Source: Thermoplasmatota archaeon
Lineage (GTDB): Archaea > Thermoplasmatota > Penumbrarchaeia > Penumbrarchaeales > Penumbrarchaeaceae
Direction of reading: 5' to 3'
Assembly (NCBI GenBank): GCA_965234725.1
Contig: CBDDUX010000022.1
Location: 1-44,453 of the forward strand
Length of the DNA: 44,453 nucleotides
Under the pieces are notes generated by a model, which did no database searches, was not told where the DNA came from, and was given only the letters and a program-made list of their open reading frames with translations. Made by a program: the position numbers and the translations under genes. Below, one piece after another: positions 10,501-19,368 of this stretch (position 1 is the first letter of the stretch; every line of letters starts with the position of its first letter).

Positions 10501-13500
10501 AATGGATTTCAAATCTATAGTGTCCGACCTGGAAAAGCTAACAGACCTGGGATACTCTGATGAATACCGTGACCTATCCGCTCGAGCGGAAGAGCTCATA
10601 CATCTAATTCACCCTCTCCATGAGCGACCGATCGATCTTCAACAAGTTATGGAAGATATCGTTTCAGCACACGAATCGGGAGAACTCTCCGTTCAGGATG
10701 AATTAATGAAGAATGTAATGGCCACCACGGAATCCATGCTCTCTCAACTGATCGATTATCTTGTGACCGGATCGGGTTTTGCCCGAAAGATAGCAGGAAA
10801 GCTAATTGTCATGCGCGCCTACCGACGCCACAAGGGACTGACATGCGATTATGAACATATCGAGGGTGGGAAACGGCTCTACATATGGCGTTTAGTTGAT
10901 GCTGATACTGATATGGATCGTATGGGTCTTGTTAGCTTGGTAGAGCCCGGCGAGAATATCATGCAAAGCCTGACCCTTATGTATGAGCGTCTTCAGCGGC
11001 TCTGGGAGGAATATCCCGAAAGAACGGATCATACGGGAGATACCCTTGAACTGCTCATCCAATGGCCCCCTGATATCAAGAGCAGCGATGAGCTGTCACA
11101 GCACTTGAGTGTTATTGTAAATAAGGTTCTTGCAAATGAATGTCTGAAGCGTGTCACATTCGTTGTTCAAACCCTTCATGACCACATTCCCGGATTCTTT
11201 ACATTCCGGCCTGAGGAGGAGGGGAGCAGCTCGTATTGTGAGGATACCCTATGCAGGAACCTTCATCCTTCCTTGGCATACATGCTTGACCTGAAACAGC
11301 TTGAATACCTCAAAACAAACATTATCAAACTACCATCTGCAGATCCGTTGGTACATATTTTTCATCATCGTATACCGAATCCTCGCGGGTCGGAGCTACC
11401 GGATATTGAGAACCGTATCTTTGTAAGGACCATAATTAGAAACTCCGAGATAATCATGGGTCCTGAGGGCCCCTCCTTCCCGGCAGCGGAAGAGGCGTTT
11501 GCCAACTCCCTGCGACATCTGCGGGTCTCATATACTGCAACCGGAGCTCGGTCCCATAATAATCAGATTTATCTGGCATTTGCAAAACCTATAGAACTAT
11601 CTCTAGTGGAGTTCCAGAAGATCGTCAATGGAATGACCCGGAACATGAGTGAATATGCCGATGTTGACCTGACAAGAATGGAAATACGAGGCCGTGTCGA
11701 TTCCTGGCAGGCAACCGGTAGGAGGATCGATATGCTCCTCGTGGTTGACAATCCAACAGGATTGCTAACGGAGATGAAAGAATTTGTTATTGACACCTCT
11801 GGTTCCAAAGGTGCCAAGAAGACACGTATGCTCCTTCCCTACAGTGAGTTTATCAAGCAGCATCACAAGGGAGAACCCACAACTTCCGAAAATTCATGGA
11901 TACCTTTAAGCGACCTGATCAAACCAATGACAGCAGTGGACAAGAAACGAGTTATCTGTCGTCAAAAAGGGAAAGCTTACGTTTATGACAGGCTCTCACT
12001 TTTAAGAAATAAATTGGAAAACATCTGGTCCTCCTCTGGAAAAGCTATGCCCGATGAGATACTGACAGCTCAGGAGCTGATTACCGACCCCCAAGGGGCG
12101 ATTGTTCCGATCGACCGGCCAGCTGGTGAGAATGATCTGTCAATTGTGGCATGGCGTGTACGTATCAAGTCACCTGAGGCTGATTCTGGCCGGGAATTGA
12201 TTGTGGTTTCCGGAGATATGACACACCAAGGCGGTTCGGTTTCCATGGAGGAAGATATTCTCTTCTGGGAAGCAGCACGGATGGCCCGTGATGATGGTAT
12301 TCCATTCGTGTATTTCGCGGAAGGGAGCGGAGCTCGGATAGGCCTTGCGACGATCGTAACCCAGCGGTTGTCATATGATGACAAGAAAGATGTGTTCTTC
12401 GTAAACAAAAAAACGTACTCCCTTCTGAAACCAATAGTTATTGGCCACCGGGATCCAGCCAGGAGATCGCGTTTCATCATCACCTCCATTCTCGGCGGTC
12501 TACCCGGTATCAATGTGGCAGAAGAGGATGAATATCTCTATGTTTCTGAGGCCACCTATAACCGGTTCAAAGACAGAATGACCGCGCATCCAACTACTGT
12601 CAATACCGGCTCGAAAGATAAGGTCCGCTGGGTGATCGATTCAATTGAAAAACAGTATCCCCTGATCAATTTCGAGAACCTGTCCGGTTCGGCACTGATG
12701 GCACGGGCATGTTCATTGACCTATCACAGTGTTCCCACAATGGCCGTTGTAACCGATACATGTACCGGGATCATTGCATACAATGTTCGTCTGTTAAAAC
12801 GTATCATTCAAACCAAGAACTCGGAGATCATATTGACCGGCTACAGGGCCTTGAACTCTCTCTATGGCGGCGATGACGTATATTCCAGCAATCGTGAGCT
12901 TGGAGGGCCACAGATCATGGGTCCCAACGGGGTGTCTCACCATATAGTGGATGATGAAAGCCATGCCTGCAAAACCGTTCTATCATGGCTTGCGGGCGTT
13001 CCGATCAAGCGGGGATATCCATCTCCCGAAATGGAAACGGCAGACCCGATAGAGCGGGACATTTCAGGCGCCCTCCTTGGGCCGCATGGTCTGATCGAAC
13101 CACCCGGACCCGAAGCCGAACGTCCTGTCCCCTATGATTCGATGAAGCTTGTTCGTGCTATTTTTGATGAGGATTCTACTGAGGAGGCCATGGAAGAGTG
13201 GGGTGGCACAGTTCATGTAGGCCGAGCAACCATTGGTGGTTATCCCGTAGGTTTCATCACAGTCGAGACCAGAAAGGTGGAAAAGGAGGTGCCTGCCGAT
13301 CCTTCAATTGAGGGGTCAGCACCGGTTGAGATCAACCAGTTCGGACAGGTCTGGTATCCTGATTCTGCGTTTAAGACCTCCCAGTGGATACAGTTCATGA
13401 AATATGAGCAACGACCGGTAATTATCCTGCCCAACTGGCGTGGTTTTGCTGGTGGAAAGATCGACTTGTATAATGAGGTTGTTAAATTTGGTGCCATGAT

Positions 13501-13990
13501 CGTGGACGAACTGGTCCACTTTGACCTACCTGTTATCCTCTATATTCCTCCATATGCTGAGCTGCGGGGAGGGGCCTGGGTGGTTGTCGATCCACAGATC
13601 AATCCTGACCGTATCGTTCTCATTGCCGATGAGCATGCCACCGGATCGATCCTGGAACCCTCCGGAATGGAGTCTGTCCCCCTTATCCAGAGGCAGATCA
13701 AACGTGACATGATACAGCAGGACCCCATACTATCAAAATTGTACAGGAACCGGACAAAGTATGCAACACAGATGGAACGTATCAAACATATTGACCAGCA
13801 GATCGAGGAACGCGAGACAGAGATCTGGCCGGAATATCTTAAAAAATGGACCAAGATCTTTCGGCTGCACAATACTGCAGAGCGCATGGGCGCTCTTGGA
13901 ATTGCGAGTGAGGTAGTTCCAACGTCAAAAGCCCGTGAGGCCATCTTCAGGAATCTCAAGAATGGTCTGGAAAGGATAGTTAAAGAGTAA
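7553..13990 (+). CDS. Single-chain eukaryote-type acetyl-CoA carboxylase (ACC1/ACACA-like): BC ~7720-9280, BT, BCCP ~9700-9905, ACC central ~10190-11800, CT ~11950-13960
   Basis: BC motifs VLIVNNG, GWGHLAEN, GGGGRGIR, EMNTRLQVEH, HSFADSQIGH. Biotin site EAMKM (Lys751, within nt 9791-9808). Central motifs NIMRGY, SHANLHSK, RAYR, RVTF, RIFVRTIIR. CT motifs SGARIGLA, ENLSGS, LGGPQIMGPNGVSH, GQVWYPDSAFKT, NWRGF, ELRGGAWVVVDP. Confidence 0.95.
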   Translation: MESTEPKDPNTCELEPIESETFRDLNDTLLSEEMYNKNLAAVSAWIEQAGGDPQKAFARVLIVNNGLSALRIIQGISSLSNLISQGKDPTLIQAVAIASDADWVGDCLEEAQQRPNYLKEPDIIIARIAGLRPKDTYQNQDEVIAIARKYKCDAIAVGWGHLAENITFASRVEKEGFVFIGPHAEAMSLMGDKIMSKLIMEEAEVPMLPWNGSDISLSDIRADAKDLVSAREKKEGPLSETDRYRMLFDLAYERVGINSIEEARSVVDNINIPVVIKATAGGGGRGIRFVTDEKDLGSGLQAAISEASAAFGNGTVFIEKAADPGSRHVEVQILADTAGTVIALGERECSIQRHNQKLIEESGDDIPISNATRQILRKAAVAAAKAAKYVNAGTVEFLVDKDGNPYFMEMNTRLQVEHIATEAVCPGLDLVVEQLKIAMGIPLDQELISLSGSLTTGKHSISVRITAENPNAGFSSQTGTIESLDIPNLGPNTPRAYFSFGEGGTVHSFADSQIGHVVVSAPTREVARQYMVAFLNKLRIKGILTTLQFSSTIMQDAEYIDGGDIHVNWLKQRLDHARSKEGASLGSSKVQPELGLAAVAILDYLFQKAESQNKFHANLISSRSISPKLLANTGLTRVKFGNHHYTVIVREIADELYELILDNDSMLVRFWERLGPSRFMMEYNGIVYQVHRTNETSITHIELGGHTITFERDLDPDVFRAPLAGIISSVDVQPGQIVGLDDTLFTMEAMKMISSLDSPRAAAIANVYVDAGSIVEAGTPLLKFSEAKTSEVEEGPVPSGDEIEVKESRLQFKHDETHLDSKLYRKWCENGRLKSHSAGRSGPGWKKDLESSPHSRRRETQDQTLEQKEQVAINDNDIKTVIANIMRGYQFSNYFLDLLTEEFTDMKKRLSEEQWIALVSETIEAFHKDERFFKGSISLVEGLAIAEEETGITDAEKYDLARSHANLHSKKTVLLALLEPISSMDFKSIVSDLEKLTDLGYSDEYRDLSARAEELIHLIHPLHERPIDLQQVMEDIVSAHESGELSVQDELMKNVMATTESMLSQLIDYLVTGSGFARKIAGKLIVMRAYRRHKGLTCDYEHIEGGKRLYIWRLVDADTDMDRMGLVSLVEPGENIMQSLTLMYERLQRLWEEYPERTDHTGDTLELLIQWPPDIKSSDELSQHLSVIVNKVLANECLKRVTFVVQTLHDHIPGFFTFRPEEEGSSSYCEDTLCRNLHPSLAYMLDLKQLEYLKTNIIKLPSADPLVHIFHHRIPNPRGSELPDIENRIFVRTIIRNSEIIMGPEGPSFPAAEEAFANSLRHLRVSYTATGARSHNNQIYLAFAKPIELSLVEFQKIVNGMTRNMSEYADVDLTRMEIRGRVDSWQATGRRIDMLLVVDNPTGLLTEMKEFVIDTSGSKGAKKTRMLLPYSEFIKQHHKGEPTTSENSWIPLSDLIKPMTAVDKKRVICRQKGKAYVYDRLSLLRNKLENIWSSSGKAMPDEILTAQELITDPQGAIVPIDRPAGENDLSIVAWRVRIKSPEADSGRELIVVSGDMTHQGGSVSMEEDILFWEAARMARDDGIPFVYFAEGSGARIGLATIVTQRLSYDDKKDVFFVNKKTYSLLKPIVIGHRDPARRSRFIITSILGGLPGINVAEEDEYLYVSEATYNRFKDRMTAHPTTVNTGSKDKVRWVIDSIEKQYPLINFENLSGSALMARACSLTYHSVPTMAVVTDTCTGIIAYNVRLLKRIIQTKNSEIILTGYRALNSLYGGDDVYSSNRELGGPQIMGPNGVSHHIVDDESHACKTVLSWLAGVPIKRGYPSPEMETADPIERDISGALLGPHGLIEPPGPEAERPVPYDSMKLVRAIFDEDSTEEAMEEWGGTVHVGRATIGGYPVGFITVETRKVEKEVPADPSIEGSAPVEINQFGQVWYPDSAFKTSQWIQFMKYEQRPVIILPNWRGFAGGKIDLYNEVVKFGAMIVDELVHFDLPVILYIPPYAELRGGAWVVVDPQINPDRIVLIADEHATGSILEPSGMESVPLIQRQIKRDMIQQDPILSKLYRNRTKYATQMERIKHIDQQIEERETEIWPEYLKKWTKIFRLHNTAERMGALGIASEVVPTSKAREAIFRNLKNGLERIVKE

Positions 13991-14032
13991 TCAAACAACT
14001 TTCGATGTAAATATTATCAGATACCAGTATGG

Positions 14033-14075
14033 GGCCTTTCTACGCTATAATGAGGACCTCAATAGAGGCCTTTTT
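14033..14075 (+). terminator. Possible hairpin plus T-tract terminator downstream of the ACC gene
   Basis: Imperfect stem GGCCT(TT)CTA...TAGAGGCC with inner TGAGG-A-CCTCA, followed by TTTTT, about 40 nt after the ACC stop. Confidence 0.35.
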
Positions 14076-14273
14076 CATCTAATCCGGATCTCTCTTAGAT
14101 CGGCATCCAGAAGAGGTCCTTTCATTTTCGGTATCGAATTTGACATCTTGGAGGTTACTACCTCCAAGGTAAGGAAGATCTTTGATTTTCTGGATGTTTT
14201 CAGGTTTTTTTCAAAAACTGTCCCAGATTCACTTGATTTGGTATCAGGCGCTTTTTGATTCTCTTTTTTCACA

Positions 14274-17200
14274 TCATTGGATCGAGGATTTATCTGCAAT
14301 ATTATCAGATCTGATCTCTCCCTCCTGGACCGCATCCGGTCCAGGTTCGGTTGTAGCAGTCTCAACCTCAGGATCAATTTCATTTTGACCATTGAGTTCA
14401 ACCTTTTCAAGGTCGTTTACTGTCTCTCTGATAGTTTCCCGGAGTTCTCTGGTAGCCTCCTCCCTGTCCACCTCTTCATTATTTTTTGGTCTCCTTCGGG
14501 TCAGTATGATTATTTGGAGAATGATAATAATAATAAAGAGTATAGCAAGTCCAACCATTCCAAAATATATGGGATTGATCCCTCCCTCCTTTTCTTCGAC
14601 TACCTCTATCTTGAAAGTGGAAGTGAATACATCCAGACCATCGCTGACGGACACAGTCACAGAATGCACACCCACCTGATCATTTTCGGGTTCCCAAAGG
14701 ATCATACCATCATTTTCGGATATCTGGATACCCTCAGGTCCATTTAATATACTGAAAAATAGGTTTCCGATATCATCTCCATCACTATCGGTTCCAGCTA
14801 CTTTAAATCTGAAACTTGAACCAGCATTCACTTTTTGTTGAGGTATGTTATTGATCGAAGGAACGTTGTTGACCGTGAATGAGCCCATATTATCATTGCA
14901 TACACCAAATGTACATTGATCGAAGGGGATAACGGTCCAATAATAGGTCTTGCCCTTTTCCAGTTCTCCAAGTTCCAGAGAATTCCCTTCATATTCTGCT
15001 ATGTAGAGTGATTCTGTCCTCAATGTCTCAACGAATTGTTTATTCTCTGATAAATATACCCAAAAGGTCAATGTTTCTCCTTCGGGGTCATTTCCCTCCC
15101 ATTCAAGGACCGTCATCTTTGAGGAGGTTTTACCTTTCTCCTCCGGACCTGAGAACCATGCACTTGGTGATTCCGTCGGTAAGACTGTGATCTTGAAGAC
15201 ATGGTTTGTGAAGGCTGCGGCATTATCGGAGACCCTTATATTGACCTCCAGTTCATTTTTATCACCGTCGAAAATCGTGTAATCGGCCGTCCATTCGACA
15301 AGACCTGTCCTTTTATTGATCTCCAGGCCGGATTCTGGTTCGGTCCAGACTGAGAATTCCAGCTCATCTCCAATGTCCGGATCAGTTGCATTGACATCGA
15401 AAATGAAGGTACTGCCGTGAAGGATCTCAAGATCATCCGGTATATCACTCCAAATCGGTTTATCATTCACGTTCTCGATCGTAAGCACAAATTCATGGCT
15501 GTTCATCAATCCCCCCGGATCCTTTACGGTCACATTCACAGACCAAGCTCCAACATCCCAAATACCGGGAGTTCCTGACAGCGTTCCTGTATTATTGTTG
15601 ATCGTAAGGAATGAAGCATCCGTGAAAAGCTCCCAGTGAAATTTTTCATCCCCGTCAGGGTCCAGAGCCACATAGTTCATTTGATATTTTTGTCCCTGCT
15701 TTCCTGTTGTAATATCTGTACTTGTGATCCTCGGTGGCTGGTTGAAATTTATCACTGTAAGCATGAAAGTTATGGATCCGGTCCCACCGTTTCCGTCATT
15801 CACCATAACAGTTATGTTCACGGTTCCTGCGTCGTCGTAAAGAGGGGTACCTGATAGGATCCCGCTGTTTTCCTCGATGGAAAACCATGAGTTGTCAGGG
15901 ATAACTGACCAAGATATCTCACCCTGTGTGTCATCAGAAGAATTGTAATCGACATAGTATTCCATTCCTTCTTTAGCAAACAGGATGTTTTCGGTTGTAA
16001 TATCTGGGGGTGTATTCACAACATTGATCCGGAACTCATGCTTATCCTTATGACCCAATTCATCACTTATCTCGATCCTAACATCACAAGGAAAGATATG
16101 ATTGTTGTTCGGAATCCCGTGGAGTATCTTGTTTTCCTCATCCCAACTGAGCCAATCAGAGGTGAAATACACATCCCAACTTTCCACCTCATAGCCGAAA
16201 TTCCAGTAATCCACCCTGTATTCCTGGTCTTCTAAAACTGTCGTGACATCAACAAAGGGTCTGAGCTGAAGAGGTGTGTGAACCATTATTTTAACTTGGA
16301 TAGAAAGTGTTTCCAGGGAGGTTATGGTAACATTCTCGAAATAATCCATATCCGCGGGTACCTCGAAATTTCCAATGTACTCACCAGAGCTCAGACCTGT
16401 CTCCATTAAAACGATCGGATTATTGAAAACCGTCTTACCATCTGAACTAAGATTGACAAATGCTTTGTCAATTGAGGATGGATTTGAGTCTGATCCCCTG
16501 GCCTTGAATATTATCTTCTGACCGAGGTCCATCTTGTCCAGGGTTGATAGGTTGAACCTATCGGTATGGACAGTTATGGAGTTTATTGAATTTGGCCTAT
16601 AGGGATAATCAACAACCATGTCTACCTTTACATATGGATCCTTCCATGAGGAAAATTCAATCATGTCGAAATATTCCATGGATAAGGGAACCCTGAAGTA
16701 TCCTCGATGAATACCGGAATCGCTTTGTGTCTCAAGCAATGTGATCTGCTGTGGAGAGAGAGACCCTCCAGGAAATACAACATCTACTTTTGCCCCGCTC
16801 CTGATACTTGTATTCGCGTCGGTTCCGGAAAGCTCGATGTAAACCCTTTGTCCAATGTCGAATTTGTAACCTTCATCGAAATAATTAATGTCATTGAAGA
16901 GTTTGATGGATTCAACCTCAAGTGGCTCCAGCCATGGAGTAATATCCAATGCCATGAGGAAAGAATCCGTCGCACCACTGTTATACATCTGGTATGGATC
17001 AAGAACGGTTAGATCGGTTGAGGAAGTATACCCGGTAAACACGGCTCTTCCATATGGATCGATAGCGATCCTCCCCATTATGGAATCGTTTTCCGACCCT
17101 CCGAAATAAGTGGAATATTCCAAACCGGACAGATCGCTTTCCAGGATGGATATGAATCCATCTCTGTTTCCTGAATTCGATGTATTTATTGCATTTGAGG

Positions 17201-19049
17201 TTGTATTAAGATCGCTGGAAGATGTGTATCCTGCAATGATATAATTTCCCAAAGGATCGATGTTTATACAATTGACTAAATCAATGGAATCACCACCAAT
17301 GTAGGTTGAGGCCACCAATTGGGATAGATTGGAATTGAATTCTATTACATAACCTTCGGAATAACCATCAAATTCGTTTCTAATCGCACCATTTGTGATC
17401 GGGAAATCGTTGGAATATGTATCTCCGACAATGGCAATATTTCCCTCATCCCCTAAGATCATAGAATAAACCCTCTCAGTGCCAGCACCTCCGAAGAATG
17501 TTGAGTAAATAATGTCGGAAAGATCATTCTTTAATATGGTCACAAAACAGTCCGAGTAACCATTGCATGTTTCAGAGTATGCACCTGAAGTAGTCGGAAA
17601 ATCTGTGGAATAGGTTGATCCTGTAACAATTATATCATGATTCGGAGATTCAACGAGATGATAGACATTGTCCTGATAAGAGGAACCACCGATGAATGTG
17701 GATATCAAGAGGGTGTCGCCCGTACTCTTGAATTTGGAAATATATCCATCCATTGTCCCGGATATTGTGACCCCATATGCACCACTTGTAGTGGGAAAAT
17801 CGCTAGAATATGTGTAGCCGTAGACAAAAAAATCATTGTTGGAAGATCCAAGTATGCCTCGGGCAACCTCTAAGCTTCCACTTCCTCCAAGGTAGGATGA
17901 GAAGAGCAGGTCTTCACCGTCGAGATCCAATTTGAGAAAAAACGTGTCATAGTAACCCTCCAAGGAGTTATCATAACAACCATCAGTTGTTGGAAAATCT
18001 GATGAAGCGGTGGTTCCTGTCATTAATATTCCATCATTTACGACATCGATATAATTGTCATAGTATCCGTCATTTCCCGAACCTCCTATGTATGTGGAAA
18101 AGAGAAGTCCAGAACAATCCTGATCGAATTTTGAAATAAAATAATCTGTATAGCCGACATAGGATGTATTATAGGATCCTATCTGTGTGGGGAAATCAGA
18201 TGAGGAGGTGACACCTGCCATTACAACATTTCCCTCAGGATCAAGGTCAACAGAAAGTCCTTTATCATCTGCAGTTCCACCGAAATATGTGGATGTTATC
18301 AGAGGATCTATCATTATCGTTTCTTCGGGTCTGTAACCGTTCAGTTTGAAACCGTATGTGTTTTCAGAGAGAAGGACGAACCTTGAATCGATTTTCTTAG
18401 TTGGTTGATCTAAGTAGAACACGTCCAATCCCTCATCCATCAGGGTTATTTCTCCCATATTCACTGTCAATGAATTTCGATCTTCCGATGCAATTCTATC
18501 GGAACCTTCGACCTTGATACGGATATCCTCGATGGAGGACCCTGGTTCCAGTATCAGATCGTATTTCAGACCTTCTTCTCCGAAATGATATTGCATATCT
18601 ATTCCATTCCATAGATCCTTGAAAACAACGGTTTTAAAACTCTTCGCACCTGTGATCCATCGATCTGGATCGTTCCCAAGGAAATAGTTAGTTGAATGTG
18701 GTAAAGGATCAACACCACATGGTTCAATGGCATCACCTCCCGGAAAATGATATCTCAACACATGACCATCAACATTCATCCGATCCTCTCCGGTTCGGAT
18801 ATCATAATATACGGATCCCAGGCCGAAACCGACTTTGCCGAAATTGGTTTCTGCTACAAAAGATATGCATTCATCCCATTGTCCCAAGTTCTCAGTGAAA
18901 TACCCTGTGAAAAGTGGATCTTCTCCATAGTGATTGGAACAAGAAGTGGTGGGGGTCGATTTTTCGCTGTCGACCAAACCCACCATGCCCGGTAAGATAA
19001 GACAGAGTGATATTATTAACATTTTTAAATTTGCAGACATCATACTCAC
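14274..19049 (-). CDS. Membrane-anchored surface protein: DUF7948-like N-terminal domain, SBBP beta-propeller repeats, cadherin/He_PIG-type Ig domains, TM helix
   Basis: N-terminal motifs FTENLGQW and NYFLGNDPDRW. Repeated STY(F/I)GG...G.T.S.DFPTT.GAY. Ig repeats with WS...SGILSGTP. TM segment IYFGMVGLAILFIIIIILQIIILTRRR. The true start may be ATG 19043 or 19040. Confidence 0.9.
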   Translation of the reverse strand: MSMMSANLKMLIISLCLILPGMVGLVDSEKSTPTTSCSNHYGEDPLFTGYFTENLGQWDECISFVAETNFGKVGFGLGSVYYDIRTGEDRMNVDGHVLRYHFPGGDAIEPCGVDPLPHSTNYFLGNDPDRWITGAKSFKTVVFKDLWNGIDMQYHFGEEGLKYDLILEPGSSIEDIRIKVEGSDRIASEDRNSLTVNMGEITLMDEGLDVFYLDQPTKKIDSRFVLLSENTYGFKLNGYRPEETIMIDPLITSTYFGGTADDKGLSVDLDPEGNVVMAGVTSSSDFPTQIGSYNTSYVGYTDYFISKFDQDCSGLLFSTYIGGSGNDGYYDNYIDVVNDGILMTGTTASSDFPTTDGCYDNSLEGYYDTFFLKLDLDGEDLLFSSYLGGSGSLEVARGILGSSNNDFFVYGYTYSSDFPTTSGAYGVTISGTMDGYISKFKSTGDTLLISTFIGGSSYQDNVYHLVESPNHDIIVTGSTYSTDFPTTSGAYSETCNGYSDCFVTILKNDLSDIIYSTFFGGAGTERVYSMILGDEGNIAIVGDTYSNDFPITNGAIRNEFDGYSEGYVIEFNSNLSQLVASTYIGGDSIDLVNCINIDPLGNYIIAGYTSSSDLNTTSNAINTSNSGNRDGFISILESDLSGLEYSTYFGGSENDSIMGRIAIDPYGRAVFTGYTSSTDLTVLDPYQMYNSGATDSFLMALDITPWLEPLEVESIKLFNDINYFDEGYKFDIGQRVYIELSGTDANTSIRSGAKVDVVFPGGSLSPQQITLLETQSDSGIHRGYFRVPLSMEYFDMIEFSSWKDPYVKVDMVVDYPYRPNSINSITVHTDRFNLSTLDKMDLGQKIIFKARGSDSNPSSIDKAFVNLSSDGKTVFNNPIVLMETGLSSGEYIGNFEVPADMDYFENVTITSLETLSIQVKIMVHTPLQLRPFVDVTTVLEDQEYRVDYWNFGYEVESWDVYFTSDWLSWDEENKILHGIPNNNHIFPCDVRIEISDELGHKDKHEFRINVVNTPPDITTENILFAKEGMEYYVDYNSSDDTQGEISWSVIPDNSWFSIEENSGILSGTPLYDDAGTVNITVMVNDGNGGTGSITFMLTVINFNQPPRITSTDITTGKQGQKYQMNYVALDPDGDEKFHWELFTDASFLTINNNTGTLSGTPGIWDVGAWSVNVTVKDPGGLMNSHEFVLTIENVNDKPIWSDIPDDLEILHGSTFIFDVNATDPDIGDELEFSVWTEPESGLEINKRTGLVEWTADYTIFDGDKNELEVNIRVSDNAAAFTNHVFKITVLPTESPSAWFSGPEEKGKTSSKMTVLEWEGNDPEGETLTFWVYLSENKQFVETLRTESLYIAEYEGNSLELGELEKGKTYYWTVIPFDQCTFGVCNDNMGSFTVNNVPSINNIPQQKVNAGSSFRFKVAGTDSDGDDIGNLFFSILNGPEGIQISENDGMILWEPENDQVGVHSVTVSVSDGLDVFTSTFKIEVVEEKEGGINPIYFGMVGLAILFIIIIILQIIILTRRRPKNNEEVDREEATRELRETIRETVNDLEKVELNGQNEIDPEVETATTEPGPDAVQEGEIRSDNIADKSSIQ

Positions 19050-19368
19050 TTCCTATAATTTAACCTAATAGAGATTAGCCTAATAGATCTAAACAGGCGA
19101 ACCACTCCGTTGCATTCATGGGTTATTTTTCTATAAAATATTTTCTGGTTCAACTGTAAATTGTAACTGGAGGTGTGATCCAATGCACTCTAAAATAATT
19201 GAGACTCTCTCAAGGGGCTTTTTTTAAAATCGCACCATTCATCTCTCTTGAAGTAATTCATTACAGATCCTTTCATTTTCAAGCTGATTTTTGATCATAG
19301 CTTCATCTATACATCCCGGGATCTGTTACCCGTGGAGTGGAGGTCATTTCTTTTATTTTTGGTATATT

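Noticed and set aside
7553-13990. ACC gene as a eukaryotic contaminant or an ordinary pyruvate/propionyl-CoA carboxylase
   Set aside because: It has no introns, prokaryote-like BC core motifs and prokaryotic neighbours. The central domain and CT motifs exclude pyruvate carboxylase and PCC. Misassembly still needs a read-level check.
14075-14410. 111-aa ORF overlapping the end of the SBBP protein (possible frameshift extension)
   Set aside because: The main ORF already has a complete TM helix and tail. No slippery site or recognisable domain was seen.
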